64,000 nt of DNA from Scenedesmus sp. PABB004 (lineage: Eukaryota): contig JABVCE010000021.1 in the NCBI GenBank assembly GCA_014905635.1, positions 248,001 to 312,000 on the forward strand, in the 5' to 3' direction. The notes under the pieces were generated by a model, which saw nothing but the letters and a program-made list of their open reading frames with translations, did no database searches and was not told the DNA's origin. Position numbers and translations under genes: made by a program. Below, one piece after another: positions 33,390-47,427 of this stretch. The first letter of the stretch is position 1. Each line of letters starts with the position of its first letter.

Positions 33390-34806
33390 GGCGCGTCGGC
33401 GGGTCCGGCGCGCTGCACGCTGCGCGCGCGCGCGGCCCGCCTGGCCGCCGCCGCGCGCGGCACGCACTGCCCCGAGCAGCAGTCGAGGAAGTCTCGCCAC
33501 TCCATCTTCCAGTGGGCATCGAGGCTGATGATCTCCTTGGAGGCGATGGGGCCGTAGTACAGCAGCTCCAGGCTCACGCACCCCTGCTGCTTGCACCACA
33601 GCACGGGGCGCACAAAGTCTGCGGCGGCGGCGGCGCGGGCGCGGCGGGTGGGCGCGGCGCCACGGCGGCGGCGCCGGCGAGGAGGGAGCCCGCGGCGGCG
33701 GCGCAGCGCAGCAGCGGCGGCGAGCGAGGGCGCGGGGGCGTGCAACGGCGGCGGCGGCCCGCTGCGGCGGCGCGCACCCGCGTCTGCGGTGATGAGCACC
33801 AGCACGCCGTCCTTGTGGCCGCGCACGCAGTCGACCGTGAAGTTCATCATCATCTGCGTGCGTGGCATCAATGGCCGGCCGCAGCGCGGGCATCAATGAC
33901 CGCGCGCAGCGCACCACCGCCCCAAGCGGGGACGCCAAGAGCGCGCGCCAGGCGCGGGCGGCGCGGCAGCGGCGCGCGGCGCGGTGCGCTGGGCGCGGCC
34001 CGCACCTCTTTGAGCGGGTGGTCGCTGTCGTCGGCCTTGCGGGGGCCGCCTGCGCGCGCGCGGGCGCGCGCGCGCGCATGGGGCGCCGCTCGCGCGCCGG
34101 ATCGCGCCACACGCCGCCGCCCCCTCTCCCTGTGCCCGCCGCCGCGCCGCCGCGCCGCCGCGCCGCCGCGCCGCGGCGCGCACCGGGTGAGTTGATCATC
34201 ATGAAGTTGAGCACGCCGTTGGAGCAAAACTGGTTGAACCGCTTCTCGCCGACCGCCTTTTTGGTGTTGTCGGTGAACGTGCAGAACGCGCCCGCGCAGC
34301 GCCGCGGCCCCGGCTCGACAAAGGTCTTGTACAGGAACCTGTGGCGGCAGGCCGCAGGGCGCCCGGGCGGCGCGGGTCGGCGGCAGCGCGGGTCGGCGGC
34401 AGCGCGGGTCGGCGGCGGCGCGGCAGCAGCGCCGCGCCGCGGCAGCGGCAGCGGCGGGCGCGGCGCGGCCCGGCGCGCCGGCCGGCGCTGCGTGGCGGGC
34501 CCGACACGCCGCCGGGCCCCGCGCGGGCGGGTGCCCGGGGTCGCTGCTGCGCGCGGCGTGCGGGAGAGTGGACGCGCCGCCGCTGCTGCCGCTAGTGCTG
34601 CTGCCCACGCACCTGATCACGTCCGTGGGCTCGAGCTCCATTGGCGTGCGAACGTTCTGGAAGTCCCAGACGATCATCACGTCCTGCCCGCGCACGCCCG
34701 CGGGCAGCACGAAGTCCGGGAGCGGAGCCTGCAGCGGCGCGCTCTGCTTGAACAGGTTGCCGCTGCGCTGGCCACCCCCGCCGCCGGGCGGCGTGCGGCC
34801 GTACAT
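29732..34806 (-). CDS. NYN (LabA/PIN-like) ribonuclease-domain protein with long low-complexity tail (spliced; apparent indels ~32570, ~32105)
   Basis: VMIVWDFQNV, RKADDSD, VLVLITADADF and ELLYYG match the NYN acidic motifs (WDxxN...D...SxDxDF). The tail could be a separate gene. Confidence 0.7.
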
Positions 34807-36006
34807 CCCGGCGCAGCGCGGCGCCCCGCCGCGGCCTGGGTGGGCGGGAGGCGCGCCCTCAGGTGCGCATGCTGCTCCGCAGCGCGTGGGTGGCGGTGCC
34901 GGGAGCGCGGCAACGGCTGGTGACCGATCCGATCGCAGACTGCGGGCGGGTGACGGGCGCGTGGAAGCGGGGCGCCGCAGCGAGCGTCGCGCGGGGCTGA
35001 GAGCGGCGGCGGCGCCGCGGCGGTGCCGGGCGATCGCTCGCGCTCGGGGTGATCTTTCACTGGGTGTCATCAGCAGAGACGCTGGCCCAGGCGCGCGCTG
35101 GAGCTGCCCGCGCGGCCGGCGGCGCGCGCGCAGGCGGGCGCCGGGCGGCGGGCGGCTCGGCGCTGGGCGGCTCGGCGCGCGAGTGGCGGGGTGTCGTTGG
35201 CTGCGCGCGTGTCCTGCCGCTGGTGCGGCAGGGCGCGCGTTCTCGGCGGCGGCGCTCGGCGGCCAGCGCGGCGCGGCGGCGCGAACTCCGGCGGCGCGCG
35301 GGTGTCCCCGTGCACCGCGCGCGGGCCTCAATTCAAGCTGCAGGCTTGCCACGACGCGGTGGGCGCGATCTCGTGCGCGTTGCGCGCGGGCGCGCGATGA
35401 CGCCCGCGCGGGCAGTCAGCGGGCCGGCCCCGGCCAGTGTGGCGCGCTGGGCGCTCGCCCTGACCCGCCGCCCGGCGCAAAGGCACCATTTCGACGTAAA
35501 CCTGTCCTCCAGCACCTGCACACGCCCTGCCGGCGCACAAAACCGGTGACTCGGTCGCCCACACCGGGTTGCTCACGCGACTGCGGGCTCGAGGGCCGCT
35601 CCGCTGCCCACCACCGATCTCTGAGAGCTCCAGGTGCGCGCTCGGCGAGCCGCCGCGGCGCGCTGGGGCGGGAGCGCGGGGCTAATGCCGCAGCATCCTG
35701 CTGGCCCCGCGCCAGCGGCCGCGCAGGCCCCACGGCGGCCCGCCCGGGGCCGCTGCCGCACGGTCGTGATGCCAACAGCTCAATACTCGCTGCGCGCGGC
35801 CTGCGAGGCCCCCAGCGCCAAGGGACGCCAGGGCGAGGGCCCACCCGCCTCCCGCGCCGCCCGCCTCTCTCGCAGGCGCTGCCAGCGGCTGCGGGCGGCA
35901 CGGGCAGCCGCTGATGGGAACTAGAGCGTAGGCCCAACGCGCCCGGCGGCGGCGGCGGCGAAAGGGCGGCGCACGCGCGAGCGAGTCACCGCGGCGCCCC
36001 CGCACG

Positions 36007-38455
36007 ATGCGCGCGCCCGACGAGCCCGGCGGCGCGCGGCGGCCCGAGAGGCTGCTCCCCGACGCCTTCTGGATGTTCCAGTACAAGGTGCGCGCGGCGG
36101 CGGCCGCCGCGCGCGCCGCGCCGCGCCCGCGCTCGGTGAGCCAGCCGTACTGCCTGCCCCGGCCCCACGCCCGCGCCCAGGTCGCGATGTGCCCCCGCCG
36201 CGACTCGCACGACTGGGAGCGCTGCATCTACGCGCATCGCGGCGAGCGCGCGCGGCGGCGCCACCCGAGCACGTACCAGGCCGTGCAGTGCCCCGAGGCG
36301 CGCGCGGTGAGGCCGGCCGCGCGCGCGCGTCGCGCAGCAGCTGCGCCGCAGCCGCAGCCGCGCGCCAGAGCAGGGGAGGGCGGGCGCGGCGCCGAGCCTC
36401 CGCGCCGCCCCCCGCAGAAGAAGGCCTGCCCGCGTGGCGACGACTGCCCCTGCACGCACGTGAGCCCGCGGCGCGCATCGGGGCGCGGCGCAGGCCTGCC
36501 CGCGCGCGCCGGGGGCGCCTGCGGCGCTGGCGTGGGCCCCCGCGCCGCGCGCCCTGACCGCGCCGCCCCGCCCGCCCCCGACCCTCCCGCACTGCGCACA
36601 CGCGGCCCCGCAGCACTTGTTTGAGTATTGGTGAGTGCCCCGCGCCATGCCGTCGCTGATGCGCGCGCGCGCGCGCGCGCGCGGCCGTCGTCGCTGCGCG
36701 GCGAGCCCGCCCCTCCGCCGCCGACCCCCTCTCCCTCCCGCGCGCTGCGGCTGCTGCACTGCAGGCTGCATCCCGACCGCTACCTCACCTGCCTGTGCGA
36801 GCTGGGCCGCGCCTGCAACCGGCCAATCTGCTTCTTCGCCCACGAGCCCGCCGAGCTGCGCCCGCTGCCGCCGGGCGTGTCGCTGCCGAGCGACGCCGTG
36901 GACGCGCCGCCGGGCGTCAACACGGCGCGCGCGGCGCGGCGCGCGGCGCGCGCGGCGGCGCAGGAGCAGGCCGGCGCCGCGCCCGTGCCGCCGGGCGCGA
37001 TCATTTACGGCATCATCCGCAGCCTCGGCGGCGACCCCGCCCGCGGGCTGCCCGTCCCGCTGCCAGGCGCCGCCTGCCAGCCGCCCGCCGGCCTGCTCGG
37101 CGGCGGCGGCGGCGGCGCGCTGCCGGTGCCGCACGGCGGCGGCGCACAGTCGGGGCTGTCGGCCGCGTTCAGCGCGCTGGACCTGCTCTCCGCGCCCGGC
37201 GGCGGCAGCCCGTTTGCACACGCCGTGGCATCGCGGCCGGCCAGCGCGGCGGGGCAGTGTTACGCCCCGCCGCCGAGCTGCGGCGTCGCCATCGGGCTGG
37301 GTCAGCCAATCGTGCTGGGCATGCCCCAGTCGGCGCCGCCGCAGCTGCTGGTGCTCGGCGACGCGAGCCGGCAGAACAGCGGCCTCACCAGCGGCGCCGC
37401 GAGCAGCAGCGGCGGCAGCAGCACGCTGCTGCCCGCGCTGCTTAACGGCGCGATGCGCCGCAGCGGCAGCGACGGCTACGTGCGGGGCATGCTGGCCAGC
37501 GGCTGCAGCTCCCCGCTCGGGCCCGCGTCGGCGCCGCGCAGCGCCACGACCAGCCCCCACCTCAGCCCCGCTCGGTGACGAGCGGCCTGGAGCTGCCGCT
37601 GGAGCTGGGCGGGGCGCTCAGCAGCGGCCTGGGCCTCGTCGCGGCGCCGCAGCTGCTGGCACCCGCGCTCCAGGGGCAGCAGCACGGTCGCCTGGCCTAC
37701 ATCCCGTCCGTGGTCGAGCCGCCGGTCGGCGGGCGCCTGCAGCTGGTCGCGGCGCAGGTGCGCGCCGCGCAGCGCCCGGCGCGGGCTGCGCTGGCCCGCG
37801 CCCGGCCGCCGCCGCTGCGCCCCGCCCGCACCGCGCCGCCGCTCGCGAGCGACCGCGTGCCGCCGCGCCGCGCTGCCCGCCGCGCCCCCGCGCCTTCCAG
37901 GGCATGGAGGACCAGGAGCATCTGTCCTTTTCGATGTGGGGCGCTGACGGCGCTGCGCCGGTGCCGCTCTCGCCGCCGCGGCAGCACTACGCGCCGTACG
38001 CGCCCGACGCGGCGGCCGCCGCGGCGCAGCAGCAGCAGCTGGCGCAGCAGGCCGTCACGCAGGCGCGCGTCCAGGCGTACCAGCAGCACCAGATGGCGCT
38101 GCGGAACCAGCAGCAGCAGTGGCAGGCGGCGCAGGGGCAGTACGTGCAGGTGCAGCAGCCGCAGGCAGCCGGCTCCCCTGTCCAGTACGCGGCAGTGGGC
38201 GGCCAGCCCGTGCTGCTGGTGCCGCCGGCCTACCTGGCCATGCAGGCTGGCTCGGGCCTGGGCGCGTCCCCGCCCGCGTTGCTCGACGGTGGCGGGCCGG
38301 GCTTCGCTGGCTTCACCATGTGGGCTGCCCAGCAGCAGGATGCCCTGGTGCAGATGCAGCAGCAGCAGCTGCAGCTGCAGCAGCTGCAGCAGCAGCAGCA
38401 GCAGCAGGGCAGCGGGGCGTGGCCGGCGCAACAGCCTTTTCACTACCGCAACTGA
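36007..38455 (+). CDS. Tandem CCCH zinc-finger protein (plant TZF/Unkempt-like), spliced; apparent 1-nt indel ~37568
   Basis: FWMFQYKV..CPRRDSHDWERCIYAHRGERARRR...CPRGDDCPCTH..EYWLHPDRY..LCELGRACNRPICFFAH. Confidence 0.88.
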
Positions 38456-40067
38456 GCGCCGCCGCGCTTTTGGCGCGGCAGCGGCAAGCGTGCCAGTTTG
38501 AGCGCGCCACTTGACGCGCCGGCGCACTGCTGCTCGCTGCCGCGCCGCCGGCCCGCAGCCTGCTGCGGGGCGCGCGGCAGGCGCGCGCAGAGAGGCGCGC
38601 GCACTGCCGCCGTGAGCACTGCCGCCGCGGTCACTGGGCTTTGCATTCTTGCGCCGCCGTGTGCTCACCTAGGCATCGGACGCCGCTGCACGCTGCATGA
38701 AACGGGTGCTGGTGGGCCTTGGTCACTTGCGCGCGTCGCCTGCCAGGCGGCCGCAGCGCCGGCGGCGGCACCGCTTGAGCCTGCAGCTGTGGGGCGCACC
38801 TGTGGCATGACGCTCGGCGCAGCGCAGTGCTGCGCCGCGCCAGCCCTCGACTGAGCTGCGAGCGGCAGCCGCTGTGCTGCAAACCAGGGTGGGCGCGCAT
38901 GCGGCGCTCTTGCTGTAGCCGAGGGAGTGCGGCCTGGACCGCCTCCGCTCACTGGGAGGGGGGCGCCTGCTGAACGGTGTCTGCGTGAGCCTGCCACCCA
39001 CTCACTCACTGACCTTGGGAGGGGTCTGCGCTTTGGGCTACTCTGCTTTGCCAACTCCGAATGGGGCTCATCATTGCGCCACGCCGCCCGCGGCGCTGCG
39101 CGCCCTCACCTCCGCCAGGTGTGCGGCGCGGCCTTGGGGGCGGGCTGTTGGTCAGACTCTTGGTCGACTGTTGGTCAGCGGCGCTGGGCGCCGCGCCGCC
39201 CCGGAGCCGCCGCCGCAGCGCGAGCCAAGGCTGCCAGGGCTGGATGGACCAACATTCGTGTGGCGCGCCCGCCCCAGAGCGGCGCGCGCGCGCGGGCGCC
39301 CCAACGCGCGCCCGCACGCGTGCGAGGGATTGTGCGATCGTTGTGGCTCGCCCACGCATGTGCGCGGGGGAGGCCGTGCGTTTGCGAGTCTGCGTGTCGC
39401 GTGCGTCAGTGGGTCGGCTGTGTGTGTTGCGCCGCCCGCCGGCGCTGCAAGGCCAGGGCCAGGCCGTGCAGCCCGTGTACTCCTGTGGCTCGATTGGGCT
39501 TCCTTGCCCCGCCCCTCCAGGGCGGTGGCCGGCGCCGCGCGCGCGCCACCCACGTGCGCGCGCGGCGCCCCGTGCGGGAAGCAAGCAGCACGGCGCTCAA
39601 GCAATATCTCTAGAGATCGCCGATGCTGCAATGGCTCGCGGATGGTCATGACGCCACTGCTGCGATGGTGCTGCGCCTCGTGCACTGCCGCTCCATTCGT
39701 CGCCGCGGCTCGAGCGGGCGCCCCCGCGCCCCGCGCCGCCGCGGCCGTCGTCGCCATCGAGGCCCTGCACCGCGGCGACGCTGCTGCAGCGCGCTCTGAC
39801 ACTGACGATTTGCGCCGCCTTTGCGGCGCTGGCCCGGGGACTCTGTGGACTGCACAAGTACTAGCATCAGCACACTTGCGGCTGCCCGTTGGCGACCGAC
39901 CCGGGCCAAGCCGCCACCGCCGAGCGCGGGGCCCGGCGCGTTTTCAAGAAACCGGCGGCCCGCGCGTTGCTTTGATCACGGTTCCTTTGCCTGCTGGTAA
40001 CTGACGACGCCCGCCCGCACGCACGCGCCGCGCCGCGCGCGCACACGCCTGCGGGGCCGCCGGCTGT

Positions 40068-43000
40068 TCAGTACGCCTTTGCCCACGCGAGCCAGCCGTA
40101 GTAGCGCACCGACCCGGGCGTCGCGCGGCTGGGGTCGTCCGCGTAGCCGTAGCCCGGCGCCTCGGCGTTGTGCGCGGCGGCCTCGTCGAGCGGGAGCGCC
40201 GCATTGCCCGCGCCGCGCGCCTCGCGGCACGCGCCGCTCGCGAAGCAGCGCGCGTAGATGCCCGCGACGTGGGGCGTGGCCTGCGACGTGCCTGCGGCGG
40301 CGGCGGCCGGCCGGCCGCGGCGGCCGCGTCAGAGGCCGGCGTCGCGCTGCAGTGCTTCGCCGCGCCGACCTGCGCCGCGCCGCCCCGCCACCGCCCCGCT
40401 CAGCGCGCGCCCGGCCCGCCCGCCCACCCGAGAGCTGGCAGTAGCCGTTTATGTTGTCCTCGCTCTTGCGCCACTTGGAGCAGGTGCTGTTGATCATCCA
40501 GCCTGAACCCCGGCGGCCGGGCGGGCGGGCGGGCTCGGCTCGCGGCGGTGCCGGCGCCGCGCGGCGGCGGGCGCCGCGCGCTGCGCGCCCGCAGGCCGGC
40601 CGCGGCCGGCGCGCAGCCCCGCCGCGCGCCGGCGCACGCCGCACCCGGCGCCGCGATCGTGCGCGCGACCTTCTCCGGCGTCCAGTCGGGCATGTCGTCG
40701 CCCTTTGCGAGCCAGAGGTAGTTGGACCAGGACGACGCCTTTTGCTGCGTGGGCGGGTCGGCCTCGTCGGCGCTGATCGACGTCACCGCGACCGCCGCGG
40801 GGCACATCGCCGGCGCGACCTTGTTGAGCGCGGTGCCGTCGTTGCCTGCGCGCGCGGCGCGGCGCCGTCAGCCGTGAGCCGGCGCCGCCAGCCGGCGCGC
40901 GCACGGGCGGCGCCGCGGGCGGGCGCGGGCGGCGCCGCGGGCCGGCGCGCGCGCGCGGCGCGGCGCGGGTGCGGCGCGGCGGCGGCACGCACTCGCGGCC
41001 GCGACGGTCACGGCGCCCGCGTCTGCGAGCGCGGCGAGCGCGGCGCACAGCTCGGCGGTGAGGCCGGTGGTGAGGCTGTCTGTGGGGAAGCCGATGCTCA
41101 TGTTGATGACGCTGATGGAGAGGCGCTTGAGCGGCGTGAGCCCGTCGTCGCCCGGCGTGAGCAGCCAGGTCGCGGCGGTGATCACGTCAGACACAAACCC
41201 GCTGCCGCTCGAGTCCAAGACCTTGATCGCCACAATCGGAGCGCCTGCGGGCGGCGCGTGGGCGGGGCGCGGGGGCGCGCGGGCGCGGCGGGCGCGGGCG
41301 GGCGGCGCGTGGGCGGGGCGCGGGGGCGCGCGGGCGGCGGGCGGGGCGCGGCGCGCGGGGCGCACCCGGCATGACGCCCAGGACGCCGAGGTCGTTGTTC
41401 TTGGCGCCGATGATGCCTGAGCGGCAGGCAGCGGGGCGTGGCGGTGGGTTGGTGAGCTGCGTGGCGGAGCCACCCATGCGCACGGCGGCGTGGCGCGTGT
41501 GGGGCGTGCCCGCCGCGCGGCGCGGCGGGCCGCGCGCACGCACCGGACACGTGCGTGCCGTGGCCGAGGCCGTCGTAGCAGGCGCCGACGCGGCTGGGGT
41601 CGGGTGTCGTCTCGAGCGTGAACTGCTGCGACGCGACGACGTTGAGGTCAGGGTGCAGGCAGTCGACGCCAGAGTCGACCACCGCGACCGCGGCGGGGTA
41701 GCCGCCCGTCGCGACGAGCAGCCCGCCCGCGCCGTCGTCGGCCGCCGCCTGCGGCGCGGCGCGGCGCGCGGCGCGGCGCGGGGGAGGGATGGGTCGCCGC
41801 GGGCGGCCCCCGGCGGCCGAGCGTGCGCGCGCGCATGCGCGGGCTGCCGGCCGGACGGCCGTTTGACCAAACAAGCATCACCTCAATGCGTCGCATGCCG
41901 TACGGCACCGTCTGCCCGCCGGTCTGCACCGCCTCTGCGCGCGCGGGCGGGGAGGGGGCGGAGGGAGGCGCAGAGGGGTCGGAAGGCGGCCGCCGGCGGG
42001 CACGCGCGGGCGCGCAACATGCCGCCGCGCCGCACCGCGCTGGAGCTGGATGCGCTCGCGCGGCGGCGGCGGCGGCGGCGGCGACGGCGGCGGCGGCGGC
42101 GGCGGCGGGGGCGGCGGCGGGCACTGCCCGCGCGCCAGGAACTGCACGCGCGCCGGCGGCACGCCGCACGCGCCAAACCAGTCCTTGTTGAAGAGCGCGT
42201 CCGCCGCGGTCGCCGCGGGCGCGCGGCGCGACAGCGCGCACGCGGCGCCGTCGGCGCCCTGTCCCGGCAGCGGCGCCGCGGCGTCCCAGCGGATGCCCGG
42301 CGCGTCGCCCGGCGCGGCGCCGGGCATGGCGCAGAGGCTGCCGGTGAAGGTCATCCGCAGCGGCTGCGCCGCGCCGCAGCCCTCCACCGGGTGCGGCGCG
42401 TCGACGACCTGCGTGACCGGCTCGGGCGCGCCGAGGGCCACGCAGCCCTGCTGCGCCATGCTCACGGCCTGCTGCTCCGGCGTCACCGCGGCTGCGGCGG
42501 CGGCGGCGGCGCGGCGGCGCGGGCGCGCGTTGGGAGGGGCGCGCCGGGGCGCGGCAGCGGGCCTGCCCGCACGCACGCGCGCGCGCGCGCGGGCACGCGC
42601 CCCGGCAGCTCACCGACAAAGGGCTCGCCGCAGGCGCGCGGCGGCATGTCGGGCGCCGCCGCGGGCGCCACGCCGCAGTCGCCCAGCCAGAAGCGCGCGT
42701 CGTCCGACAGCGAGCCCGCCGCCGGGCGCAGCAGCACGCAGTCGGGGAGCACCGCGCCGCTCGCGGCGTCCAGCGCGACGACGCCCGACCACTGCACCGT
42801 CAGCCCGCCCGGGCCGCAGCGCTCGCCCCACCACACGACCTTGGTGCCGGCGCCGGCGCACTTGGGCCAGCGCGCGGCCGCGCCGGCCGCGAGCGCCCGC
42901 GTGACGCCGCTCAGCATCGGCGGCGGCAGGCAGGTGTAGGTCTGCTGCGCCGGCGGCGCCGACGGCGACGGCGACGGCGCTGCGGGCGCGGCGGCGGCGG

Positions 43001-44033
43001 CGGCGGCGGCGGCTGTGTCGGGGCGGGCCTGGCCAGCGCGCTCTCGCGGCGCGCTCACGGCATGCGCGCGGCATGCGCGCGGCACGCTGCGCCACGCCCG
43101 CGGCGCCGGCGCACCCTGCATCGCGCGCACGCAGAGGTCGCTCGCGACCAGGCGCACGGTGTCGACGCGCCGCAGCCGCCGCACGACGGCGTCGCCCGCC
43201 GCGCCCTCGTCCACCTGCGCAGGCGCGCGCCGCGGCGGGTCGGCGCGGCGCGGCCCGCAGCGCCCTGGGCCCTGGCCGCCCGCTGCGCGGCGCGGCGCTC
43301 GCACCGACATGACGAGGCCCATTGCGCCGCGCGCGCGCCGCGCGTGCAGGCGCCGCCCCGGCTCGCCGCCGGCGGCGGGCGCCGAGGCGTTGCCGATGCC
43401 GCCCAGGACGGTGAACGGCAGCGTCACCGACGCCACCGCCGCCGCGCCGCGCGCGCCGGGCGCGAGGAACGCCGGCCTCAGGCTGCGGGGCGGCGGCGGC
43501 CGGCGGCGGCGCGTCAGCGTGCACTCAGTGACGTCGGGCGTCACCGAAGCGGGCGCTGCTGTGCGCGGCGCGCACCTCTCCAGGCCCGCGTCGACGCTGT
43601 CAACCTTGTCCGGCTCAAAGAGGAGCACATAGCGCCCGGGGACGGCGGCGCCGGGTCGCAGGCCTGCGCGCGCGGGCGGCGTGCACGCCGGCTTCGGCGC
43701 TCGTGCCGCGCGCGGCCGCAGGCGGCGCCCCGCCGCTGACGACGGCGCTGCTGGCCGACCCAGGAGCGGTCCGGACGCCTGCGGCAGGCGGAGGGGGCGA
43801 TGCGCCGGCAGCGGCAGCAGCGCCGCCGCTGCCGCACCTGCGCACTTGCCGCCGCGGCCGCTCGTCACCGCCGCCGCCACGCGCGCTCCGTCCGGGGCGC
43901 CCGCTCCGCCTGTCCCGCCGTCGAGGCCCAGGGACCCCGCGGCGGGCCGCCAGGCGGCCGCTGCGAGAAGAGCGAGGCACCAGCACGCGACGCGGCCCCT
44001 GCGCTCGCTGCCGCAGCCCCGCCGCGGCCGCAT
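40068..44033 (-). CDS. Secreted subtilisin-like serine protease (peptidase S8) with prodomain and Cys/Pro-rich insert, spliced
   Basis: Signal-like N-terminus; VPGRYVLLF prodomain; VAVVDSGVD, GHGTHVSGIIGA and GTSQATPHVAG catalytic-triad motifs. Confidence 0.88.
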
Positions 44034-44318
44034 CGCGTTTTCGGACTACACAGGAGGCGACGCGTCGACGAGCGCCCCCAGGGGCGGCATGGCTGCGCGT
44101 TCGGTCGGGGTCGTCCTCCTCTCTCGCAGAGCAGCAGAAGCCGGGTGCCTCCGCCGCGGGGAGCCGGAGTCGCGGGCTGGCAGCGCGCCGGCGATGACGC
44201 TCGTTCACGGGCGCGCGAGAGAGAGCGGAGCGGTGGTGCCGGCGGCGCGGCGTCACCAGGCGGCACGACAGAACAGCGCCGCTGACAGGACGACAGAACG
44301 ATGCGCGCCGCGCCGCGC

Positions 44319-46154
44319 TCAGGCGCCCTCGTCGATGCTCATGCGCTTCATGTCCGTCGAGGAGCTCAGCAGCAGCCCCTCCGACGCGCCGCCGCCGAGC
44401 GGCGCGCCGTCGGCCGCGCCGCCGGCGCCGCCGCCCGGCCACGCGGCGTGAGCCACGCTGCTGCTCGTGCTGCTCAGCCGGCCCGGCTGCCGGGACGAGG
44501 GCACCACGTACAGGCTGTGCCGGCGGTGGCGGCGCCGGCGCGCAGGCGGGTCAGGGCGGCGGCGGGGGCCCGCGCGCGGCGCGCGCGCGCATCCGGGGCG
44601 CGGCCGTCCGGGGCGCGTGCCCCCCCTCTCCGGGGCGCGTGCCCCCCCTCCCCCCCCCCAAACACACACACACACCTCTCGCTCTCACTCCGCCGGTACT
44701 TGCGGCCCCGGCCCTCCACGCTGGCGGGCGACTCGGCGCGGCCGCCGGGGACGCCGCCGCTGCTGGCGCCTGCGCGCGCGCGGGGCGGCGTGAGGCGCAG
44801 CGCCCAGGCGCGCGCAGCCGCGCAGGCGCCCCCCAGCCGGCCCGACCACGCACCCGCGCCGATGCCGTCGGCCGCCAGGCCCGTCAGCGAGGACCGCGGC
44901 GTGAGGCGGCCTGCGCGGCGCGGCAGCGTCAGCGGCCGGACGGGCGCGCCGCACGCCGCGGCCCCCAGCCCCGCCCGCCACAAAGGGCCCCCCCCCACGC
45001 TCGCCCGCACCCGCCTCGGCGCCGCCGCCGCCGCCGCTCTTCAGCGCGCGCAGCCAGAGCTCAAAGTCTGCGCTATACTCGTCCAACTCCCCCACCAGGC
45101 TCGCCAGCCCGGGCGCGTCCCACGGCGGCCGCTGCTGCTGGCCAGGCCCCGGCGGCGGCGGCGGCTGCGACGGCTGCGACGGCTGCGACGGCTGCGACGG
45201 CTGCAGCTGCTGCTGCGGCTGGCTCGCTGCGAAGGCCGGCTCCTCGTCGGCGCCGCCCGCGCCCGCGCCCAGGCTGGCGGCTGACGGCTCCACCGACGCC
45301 TGTGAGCTGCCCGGCGCCTCATGCAGCGCGCCCGCGTCGTCGTCCGGGGTCAGCGCCGCCAGCAGGTCGGCCGGCTCCTCGCCTGCGGGCGCAAAGGGGC
45401 CGCACGGGGGCGGCGCTCGCGCTCGCGCCCGCCTTGGGCGGCCGGGCTGCTGGCCAGCAGCGCAGCCCGCGCCGCTGCCGCCGCCGCGCGCCCCGCGCGC
45501 CGCGCGTTGTGCGCACCCTGGCGCACGAGCACCGCGGGCGGCGCGCCCTCGTAGCGCGCCAGCTGCGCCGCGGCGCGCGCGCCCGCGTCGGCCATCGCGG
45601 CGGGGCACGACGCGCCGCGCCAGACGTAGACCGCGGCCGGAAGGTGCGCGACGAAGCAGCCGCGCGCGTCGAGCGCGCGCCAGTCGGCGTGCGCCGCGCC
45701 CGGGCGCGGGCTGACCGCGCGTGCGACCAGGTACGCCGCAGCGTCGGCGCAGTGCGGCGCGATGCGGTACAGCCGCGCCCGGCTCGGCGGCCGCGCGCGG
45801 CGCTTCTGCGGCCGCACGGCGCGCGGGCGCGCGCGCGGGCGGGTGGGCGCAGCGCCAAACGACCGGGCGACGCCTCCCGGCGCCACAGGCCCGCCGCCGC
45901 CCGCCGGCGCCCCTCCCGCCCCTCGCTCGGCGCGGCGCGCACCGCCCAGTTGATGAGCTGGCACATAAAGCCGACGTTGGGGCTCGTCACGCCGCGCAGC
46001 GCGCGCACCGCCGCGTAGACGTCGTCATAACACCCGCCCGTCTTCCACATGAGGTACGCGATCGCGAGCGTGGTGCTGCGCGACACGCCCTGGCTGCAGT
46101 GCACCAGCACGCGCCCGCCGCCAAACCCCGCGCCGGGCGCGCCGTGCGGCAGCT

Positions 46155-46185
<31 letters not shown>

Positions 46186-47089
46186 GCCCGCGGCGCCCGC
46201 GGCGCCGGGGTGGGGGTGCGGCGCGGCGCGGGCGGCCTCGATGAAGTCGAACGTGTCATACAGCACGGCCGTGATGTCCTCGCCCGGCAGGTCTGCGCCG
46301 GGGGCGCGGCGGCGGCGGCGGCGGCGGCGGCGCCCCTGCGTCGTGCGCTGCACGGCCGACCGACCGCTGCCGCGGGAGCACCCCTCGCGCCCAGCCAGCC
46401 GGCGACGCCGCTGCGCATGCCGCGCGCCGCCGCCGCACCCGCGAGCCAGAGGGTCTTGTAGGCGATGCCGTCTGCCGCCCAGTACTCTGGGTATAGCCCG
46501 CCCACGCAGTTGACGACGTGGCTGATGCCGTGCGCGGCGAGCAGGCGCCGGTCCTTCGCGACCGCCTCGCCCGACACGTACAGCCCGTCCGCGACCTGCG
46601 CGGCGCAGCGGCGCGCGGCAGCGCGCGTCGGCGCGGCGGGGGGCGGGCGGCTGCGGGGCGCGGCGCTGCGCGCGCCGCGCCTGCGAGCACTGCTTCTCGA
46701 ACACCGCAAACTTCTGGCGCTTCAGGATGGACTCGCTCGGCGGGCCCTCCTCGCGGGGCAGGAAGGCCAGGTCGAGCGCGAGCGGGCGGACGCCTGCGCA
46801 GCGGTTGGCGCGGTTGCGCACGCCGCGCGCGGGCGGCCGCAGCCGCCCGGCGGGCGCAGCCGCCCGCCCGCCCGCCGCCGCCCAGCAGCCGCCGGCGGCG
46901 CGGCGGCGACCGCGCCGGCCGCGGCGGCGGCGCAGCAGCGCCCGCACCTCGCCCGCCCGGCGGCGCGCCGGCCATCCTGACCAGCGCCCCGGGGCGCTCG
47001 TCCTCCCGCGGCGACCCCGATCCGCCCTCCTGCCGCTCCCTGGCCCAGGCGTGCTCGGCGATGAAGCGCTGGCGGAAGAGGGTGAACAT
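44319..47089 (-). CDS. Dual-specificity MAP kinase phosphatase, plant MKP1-like (with gelsolin-like domain), spliced
   Basis: RVLVHCSQGVSRSTTLAIAYLMW, SPNVGFMCQL, RLYRIAPH, LDARGCFV. Confidence 0.88.
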
Positions 47090-47427
47090 CGAGGCTGCCC
47101 CTGCGCGCCCCGGCCGCCCGGCGCGCTGCTGGCGCTACCGGCGCATCACGCCGTGCCTCGCGTCTTCGACCGGGCTGCTGCGGGCGAGCGGCGGGCGCTG
47201 GGGGCGAGGGCGCGCGCGAGCTGTCCGCGTTTGAGCGATTCTCTCGTCTCGCGCGCGCTGGGGGTCAGGGCGCCGTGGCAGGTCGTTGCATGGGACCTGG
47301 GACCTGGTGGGCCGACCAGGCCGCCGCCTGCGCCCCGGCGGCGGTGCAGCGCCGCGGCCCGACGCCCGCGCGCCGCCCGCTCAGCTCACGCCGCCGCCCG
47401 CTCAGCTCACGCCGCCGCCCGCTCAGC

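Noticed and set aside
38456..40000. Lower-GC 1.5-kb stretch as a gene or TE
   Set aside because: No motifs, repeats or termini found; consistent with convergent 3' UTRs and intergenic DNA.
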